From: the human T2T-CHM13v2.0 reference genome, Homo sapiens
DNA: 64,000 bases
Assembly (NCBI RefSeq): GCF_009914755.1
Contig: NC_060929.1
Strand: one strand, 5' to 3'
Of this stretch, positions 56,560-64,000 are shown one piece after another; within the stretch, counting starts at the first letter, position 1; each line of letters begins with the position of its first letter. The notes under the pieces are model-generated. The model searched no databases and was not told the origin of the DNA. It worked only from the letters and a program-made list of their open reading frames with translations. Both the position numbers and the translations under genes were made by a program.

Positions 56560-57126
56560 CTTTCTTTTTTTTATACTTTAAGTTCTGGGACACATGTGCA
56601 GAACGTGTAGGTTTGTTACATAGGTATACACGTGACATGGTGGTTTGCTGCACCCATCAACCTGTCATTTACATTAGGTATTTCTCCTAATGCTATCCCT
56701 CCCCTAGCTCCTCACCCCCCAACAGGCCCTGGTGTGTCATGTTCCCCTCCATGTCCATGTGTTCTCATTGTTCAACTCCCACTTATGAGTGAGAGCATGC
56801 GGTGTTTGGTTTTCTGTTCCTGTGTTAGTTTGCTGAGAATGATAGTTTCCAGCTTCATCCTTGTCCCTGCAAAAGACATGAACTCATCTTTTTTATGGCT
56901 GCATAGTATTCTATGGTGTATATGTGCCACATTTTCTTTACCCAGTCTATCACTGATGGGCATATGGGTTGGTTCCAAGCCTTTGCTGTTGTGAATTGTG
57001 CTGCAATAAACATATGTGAGCATTTTGTGGAAGACATTGTGGCAATTCCTCAAGGATCTAGAACCAGAAATACCATTTGGCCCAGCAATCCCATTACGGG
57101 GTGTATACCCAGAGGATTATAAATCA
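56560..57126 (-). mobile_element. L1PA7-like 3' fragment with ~100-nt 5' inversion (57025-57126)
   Basis: Antisense to ...AAACATATGTGAGCAT, then sense TGTGGAAGAC...GGATTATAAATCA. Imperfect TSD CATTCTTAATATTT (56546-56559) / CACTCTTAGTATTT (57125-57138). Confidence 0.93.
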
Positions 57127-57156
57127 CTCTTAGTATTTTTAAGAGTACAATATATT

Positions 57157-57460
57157 GGCTGGGTGCGGCAGCTCACGCTTGTAGTACCAGCACTTTGGGA
57201 GCCCAAGGTGGACAAAGCACCTTAAGTCAGGAGTTCAAGACCAGCCTGGCCAACATAGCAAAACCCCATCTGTACTAAAAAAATATAAAAATTAGCTGGG
57301 AGTGGTGGCGGGTACTTGTAGTCCAGCTACTCAGGAGGTTGAGGCTGGGAGAATTGCTGAAACCTGGGAGGCAGAGGTTGCAGAGAACCGAGATTGTGCC
57401 ACTGTACTCCAGCCTGGGAGAGAGAACAGGACTCTGTCTCAAAGAAAAAAAAAAAAAAAG
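57157..57460 (+). mobile_element. Old Alu (AluSz/Jb-like) with TSD
   Basis: TACAATATATT at 57146-57156 and 57462-57472 flanks a full Alu. Confidence 0.93.
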
Positions 57461-58404
57461 ATACAATATATTATTAACTATAGTCACTATGTTGTACAGT
57501 AGATCGCTTAAACTTAGTGATGTGAACTCCTTAGGTAAGTAAATTGTGCTATCTGAAAACTGTTAGCACTATAGGCTATGTTTCACCATTTATATTGTAA
57601 TTTCATCTACTGTTAGGGCTATAACATATGTTCTACGCTTTACATTGCAATTTCATGTACTTTTGGTCTTTCTATTATGGACTTGGCAATACTACATTGT
57701 ATAATACTATATTGAGGGACTGACATGAGAAGGATGAGTGGAGTTTCTTCATAACATTCACATATATCGCCCATCAATGCTCTGCTTATTGCATGCATTC
57801 ATATACCCACTAGAAAATAAGACCGACTTTGAGGAAACAAGGCGAGCCTTATCCATCTTTGAATCTACCATTGTGTCTAATAAGGTATTTTCAACTCAAC
57901 ATTTACTGTTTGGGACGCCTTAAACTAATTTAGGAATTGAGTCTGGTGAAAACCAAACTTAAGTCACTTCAAAACAAAAGGAAACAAGGAAGCAGGGCCC
58001 ACTAGAGCAGAGTAGGCTTTCTTGCCTGGGAATCATTCCACGCACTCATGAATTGGGTTCTTTCTGGGAATGAGTAAAATAGCAACAAATCCAATTTGAT
58101 CAACTCTGAAAAAGGACGCATATCTCAAGTAAGAATGAAATAAATTGTTTCAGAAAATGTAGAACCCAATATTCACATTGCATTTCTTACAGAGAAGGTG
58201 CTCACAAAGCAGAAAGCATAATTTTGAAACTTCGAGAGAGTCAAATTCTGGAATGCAAGGTTTGGACAGAGAAAATCTGAAAGAACAAGAAAGAGAAGCA
58301 GAGAAAGTGCCAGCTTGAGATGGATATAGATTATTAAATAAGGTTGTGGCTGTGTTGAGACTTGAGAAGCAGTTAGACATCCTTTGCTAGTTTGGGGAGT
58401 CTCA

Positions 58405-58507
58405 GTGAGAGAAAGGACAGAACCAAAGAGAGAGAGAAGAGAGAAGGAGATGGAGAGAGGGAGAGAGAGAGAGAGAGATGGGGGGAGAGAGAGAGAGAGA
58501 GAGAGAC
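58405..58507. repeat. (GA)n-rich tract
   Basis: Direct reading of the sequence. Confidence 0.9.
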
Positions 58508-59116
58508 AACAAAGAATTAAACTTAAGGAGAATAAAAACAAGAAAAGGGAATGATGATGGGATTGGTACAACAGCACAAAGCCAAGACTAGTTTCCTATT
58601 ATCTGAGCTAGTGGGTGCCTGGCAACTGGAAAGAACAGGAAATATCTCACAGGCTGAAGAGGAGGAGGAGGTGCTGCAGTGAGCGGCACACATGGCCCAC
58701 AGAAATGTCAGCCCAGAAGGAGAGGCAATTGTCCCGCTTCCAAACACTGCCAAGGCTTATTCCTTAAGGTTAAGCTTGGAAAAATCACAAAGTTCTGTGG
58801 ATATGAATCATATTTAGAACATTGTAATGATTTCTTCATCTCTCAACATGTGAACTAGTTGTTTATGGAACTAATTGTTTCTTGGAATTCAAACGTTTTG
58901 GTTTCATAACAAATACAATTTGTGGAAATATTTCTCAACGCTTCCAGATCTTATTGGAAACCACGATTAGAAAACAAATATATCTTTGGTCTGATTCCTT
59001 CTTTAGAGGGGTAACATATATACTATTTTCAGCAAAACCAACAATATAAATCATCTTGTTGAAATTCTTTGAAGTGCTAAAAAAAAAAATCACGCATCAA
59101 AAATAAAAATAGATTA

Positions 59117-59424
<308 letters not shown>

Positions 59425-60597
59425 CAGTTTATACATACACTAAAAAGCGACAAGACAACATGCAGAAATATTTTTTCTTTTTGTTGAGCATAAAAGAAAG
59501 GTCCTTTGTATCAAAATATTAGTTAATTTTGTTAATTTGCTGACTGGTACAAATGAGAATGCCCAGGCTTCTCTAAAGGAGATTGAATTAAGAGATGTTT
59601 TTCCATCTCAACAGATATATTGAACTTTCAGTTTGCAGATATTTTCTAAGAAAATGAAACAAATAATGTTCATTTGCTTCTGATAGCCTGCTTTGACAGA
59701 AAACACGCAGTAAATGATTCTGAAAGAAGTGCCACTCTGAAAAATACTGGCAGTCATATCATTAAAGAAACATCGCTAGACTAATTCAGTCTCCAATTAT
59801 ATTTTACATTAAATGAAGGTAACTCATTATTCATTTGCTGTAAAGTCAGCCCTTTTAATACTTTCAGGTCTTTGGGGCATAGTAGTATTTTCTTAACAAA
59901 CAAATATTTGCAACTTTGGTAATATACTGAACAGTACCTTACAGTGCCATAGAATCATCAATGTCTACATGTGTACCTATACACATATACATCCAGACAG
60001 TTAGCTTAAATGATGAGAATTCTAAACTCACAGATGAACTTCAGGTTATCTATTATTGTGGTCAGATTATTTTTTAGCCATCATACTACTTTTAGAAGAG
60101 CATTGGAAAATTCATTCAAAATTGCTGCTTGAGTACAATAGTGAAGGTCTAAATACTGTTGGTAAGGAAAGTGAAAAAGTGAAAAGCAGTTTTTAATTTA
60201 TAATACATTTGTGCAAAACTGGGAGGAATAACATTACATTTCAATTGAATGAGCTATCAGTCTATTGAACCGTACAAATCTCCTTAATATATTTGGATCC
60301 TGTGAAGTTCATTTATGCAAGAAATGTCAAAACCCATTTAAGGGAATGATCAATGAAATGTGACAGCACCATGTAATAAATAAAACAATAGGTATCAATC
60401 ACAGAATGAAAACAAACACTGAGGCAAGTTATGCAGTTGAATCCTGCCCCTTTTGTTGTATTGCCCTCTTGCCTGTGCCTAGTAGTGTAGATGAACACAC
60501 ATGACCACTACTTAAATTGTTTTTTTACTTTAGAGAGTGATCCATAAATGATATAGATATTAAAATGTGGGGGGGAGGGAGAACAAACAAAACAAAA

Positions 60598-60790
60598 ACA
60601 ATGCATTTTGGAGTGTCTAGACCTGGATATGAGCCCCTGCTTTACTCCTTATTAAATGTGTGGAACTGGGCAAGTCACATTCTCTCTAAAATGGAGGTAA
60701 CAGTATTTGACTCTCAGTTGTTACAAGAAAAAAAAAAGTACATATGTGTGCTTGTAACTGAGAATGTTTGTCATGGAAGGTCCATGCAAC
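60598..60790 (+). mobile_element. MIR
   Basis: TTGGAGTGTCTAGACCTGG...TGGGCAAGTCAC...TAAAATGGAGGTAACAGTA. Confidence 0.65.
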
Positions 60791-60989
60791 TGTTGCATAA
60801 TGTTAACTGGAGAATACACTACTTTTTGTATTTTTTAAGTCATTTATTAGAAAATAAATGTAAAGTATCTAACATGAAAGTTAGATGATTTTAGTGTGTT
60901 CTTGTTTTGTTTGTCTTAAAATTATTCATCTTTTCCTAGCCTCCTTGTACTAAATAAGTTGTGTAGCTGATGTTTGATGAGACATATAT

Positions 60990-61205
60990 AAGAACATAAA
61001 CTATGGGTGTGAGTTGCCTGTGCTCTAACTCTGGCTTTATCTGATTTCAAGCTGTTTGACTCTGAAGGGGTTACCTACCTTGTCGAAGTCTCAATTTTTC
61101 ATCTATAAAGTACGGATAATGACTCATACAGTCATTGTCAGAATTAAATGTGTTGAGCACATATAAACATGCCTCACACATGTATTCAGTAGATGTTATT
61201 ATTAT
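60990..61205 (+). mobile_element. MIR
   Basis: GTCTCAATTTTTCATCTATAAAGTACGGATAATG...AGAATTAAATG...ATGTTATTATT. Confidence 0.7.
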
Positions 61206-61589
61206 CATTCTTAATGATTCCTGGAGAGTACCACAACCAAACTCACAAAGCTCATGCAAACACTAACTACAGCTAGCCAGGCTAGCTGTAGGAGGGTCAA
61301 GAAGCAATAAGGCATTTTATGCCATAGTGGATGGCAGGGAAAATTCCTCTAACTTCTATCTCATCAAAGTTCTATTTACAATTGCTTTTATGGAGGAAAT
61401 CCTCATAAAAGTATATATCCCAGATGTATTTATGAGTGCATTATTTGGTCTCAGGAGTTGAGCAGAAGTACAGTAACTTGAGACTAATTTAGAATTGTTG
61501 ATTTTGAAAAGTTTCAGATGGAGCCCAAACCTGTCTCTGCATATAAGTTACACAAATGATTCTAATAGAGTCAGCCTTGAAAGCCATTA

Positions 61590-62450
61590 TGTTATTGTGT
61601 ACCTAGAATATGTTGGTTATGGTAGGTGGTAAAAGATACAAATACAATTAAAACTGTCCATTTCTTCAGAGAATCTATTAGAGAAAGGCAAAACAAATAA
61701 ATTACACTGCTATTATTGAGACCTGTGAATAAAAAGATTTTTTAAAATTCAGAGAAAAATACAAGTAACTTTTTCTAGAATTTCAGAAAACATTAAATAC
61801 CTTGTGAATGCTATGGCTAAAGAACAATTTTTCAAACAGATTCTGTGGAAGAGAGGGTGTGCCAAACATATGAACTGCATCTGTAAAGTATGGAGGCAGA
61901 TGATCTGATGACTTATTAAAGCAATCTCAAGTAATAAAGTATACTGAGAAAGAAGTATGTCTATGTATGTGTAACAGACATTAGTAGTTTATAAACAGAT
62001 AAGGGACACAGTCATAGAGAAAACTGACTACTGTATGGAATAGATAGTTAATTCACTTAAGGAAAGAATAGAGCTGGAGGCCTAAAGGAAGCTGTTTAAA
62101 AGCTTGGAGAATACCCGATTAAGCCCTGACCTAAGATGGCAGCAATGGAAATGATGAAGAGAGAGCAAATTTTAGAGATATCTCAAAGCTAGAAATGGCA
62201 TGACCTTATGACAATGACAGTGCGATGTTAAAGTAGAAGTTCAGTATTTTTATTAAGGAAGAGGATAAATGATATATAAAATACTGAGAGAACATGAGAG
62301 AATCACCAATTTTAGAAATAAGTGTGCATTTACTATCTTAATCATGAGGAGCTTGTTACTAGAATTAGGGCACCTCTTCTCTTTAGCTTTCTCCTGAGGT
62401 CCAGAGTAACTTGGGGAAGGCAGAAATAGTTTGGCCTAAAAATATATATA
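61590..62450 (-). mobile_element. Degenerate L2 remnant
   Basis: Scattered antisense L2 motifs (CTGCATCTGTAAAGTATGGAGGCA, CCTGACCTAAGATGGCAGCAATGGAAATG, TTTTAGAGATAT). Confidence 0.5.
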
Positions 62451-63353
62451 GAAACTTACAGAACACTGCCACATATGGGGCTGGCAAAGTATAATCCACA
62501 CTGGCCACAGAGAAGTAATCGTTTAGAAATAAATGTATGAGACCAAATGCTATAGAAACTTCATATAACTCCTGCAAATTGTACCCATAGCTGACCCATA
62601 AGGCCATGATAATTAACACTGAGCTTTTGAAGATACAGCCCGGTGAGAAAGAGAGAAAAAATAAATAATTTAACATGCACAATGCTGGGAAACTTTAAAA
62701 GCATATGTATGTTATTGTTCAGTATTCACCTAAATTAGAGTTACATATTCATTTAGTACTTGCATTTAAAAAGGTCTCATTCAGGTCCAAACCACCGTAT
62801 TTATATTTTTATATCAGAATAGCTGAGTCTCTCTCAGAAGTTTGCAAAACAAAATAAGCAAGAAAAAATGAGGAAAAATAAAGCCATTCAAGTCAATTTG
62901 TTGGTTTAACAAAAGGGAAGATAAGGAAAGGCATCATAAAGCTGTTAAATCATAAAATTTCTTTTACATAAAGATAGAAAAGCTCACTTTGGACCAAGTG
63001 TTCCTGTCTATCTACTTCAACGTAATTCTATTTGAATATTAGTGTTTCTTATGACAGAAATGAGAATTCCAAGTCTTCACCTCTTCAACTTTAATTCATT
63101 AATAATTCCTAAGTAAACCTGGAAATATTTGGAGACTTGAATTTTGGTCTATTAAACTGTCTGGGAAGGTGACATTTAAAAATATGAATGGATGACTTAA
63201 GTAGAACCCTGAAAAAAGCAATAGGTAATGCTGATAAAAAACTGCACTGCAAGAAACCAATCCAAAATGAAAAAGGAAAGAAGGAGACACCAAGATGTCA
63301 AATAATAGGAGTGGGCGGTGCTTTCCCTAGATGCATTGGAGTTCAAAGATGAG

Positions 63354-64000
63354 TTATTTATTTATTTATTTATTTATTTTTTTATTGATCATTCTTGGGT
63401 GTTTCTCACAGAGGGGGATTTGGCAGGGTCATAGGACAATAGTGGAGGGAGGGTCAGCAGATAAACAAGTGAACAAAGGTCCCTGGTTTTCCTATGCAGA
63501 GGACCCTGCGGCCTTCCCCAGTGTTTGTGTCCTTGGGTACTTGAGATTAGGGAGTGGTGATGACTCTTAACGAGCATGCTGCCTTCAAGCATCTGTTTAA
63601 CAAAGCACATCTTGCACCACCCTTAATCCATTTAACCCTGAGTGGACACAGCACATGTTTCAGAGAGCACAGGGTTGGGGGTAGGGTCACCGATCAACAG
63701 GATCACAAGGCAGAAGAATTTTTCTTAGTACAGAACAAAATGAAAAGTCTCCCGTGTCTACCTCTTTCTACACAGACATGGCAACCATCCGATTTCTCAA
63801 TCCTTTCCCCGCCTTTCCCCCCTTTCTATTCCACAAAACCGCCATTGTCATCATGGCCCGTTCTCAATGAGCTGTTGGGTACACCTCCCAGACGGGGTGG
63901 TGGCTGGGCAGAGGGGCTCCTCACTTCCCAGTAGGGGCGGCCAGGCAGAGGCGCCCCTCACCTCCCGGACGGGGCGGCTGGCCGGGTGGGGGGCTGACCC
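63354..64000 (-). mobile_element. SVA retrotransposon (SVA_D-like), 3' end: tail, SINE-R and start of the VNTR; continues beyond the window
   Basis: (TTTA)n tail, then TTTATTGATCATTCTTGGGTGTTTCTC (antisense poly-A signal and SINE-R end). GC-rich VNTR units CACCTCCCGGACGGGGCGGCTGGCCGGG start at ~63880. Confidence 0.97.

Larger units (their letters stand above)
56405..57520 (-). mobile_element. L1MA (MA5-7-like) 3' stub hosting an L1PA7 and an Alu
   Basis: ACATTGTGGAATGACTAAATC (left part) joins TACAATATATTATTAACTATAGTCACTATGTTGTACAGTAGATC (right part) once the inserts are removed. Confidence 0.8.

Noticed and set aside
58193-58259. Protein-like frame EGAHKAESIILKLRESQILECK after TTTCTTACAG
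   Set aside because: Weak donor (GTTTGG), no recognised homology and no partner exons.
63331-63934. ORFs of 73-126 aa near the right edge
   Set aside because: They lie essentially within the SVA SINE-R and are standard repeat-derived frames.

Overview
This is AT-rich, CpG-poor hominoid (human or great-ape) nuclear DNA, identified by the Alu, L1PA, THE1 and SVA elements it carries. It looks like intergenic or deep-intronic sequence. I recognise no protein-coding gene, RNA gene, CpG island or prokaryote-type system. The long ORFs in the track come from L1 ORF2 remnants, Alus, ERVL pol debris, the SVA and (TA/CA)-rich tandem repeats. The sequence does not support a new biological system. The real interest is in retrotransposition and repair footprints. 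Five L1 insertions of different ages carry 5' inversions, two of them only about 11-17 nt long. A tail-to-tail L1PA2/L1PA5 pair has a possible short gene-conversion patch. An old L1M holds a local inverted duplication of about 175 bp. A two-LTR ERVL (LTR16C-type) provirus has its pol segment inverted. There is also a 25-nt Alu with its own TSD, a 1.35-kb tandem repeat that switches unit, and an SVA running off the right edge. Subfamily names come from recalled consensus diagnostics, not a database search. Boundaries of old elements are approximate.
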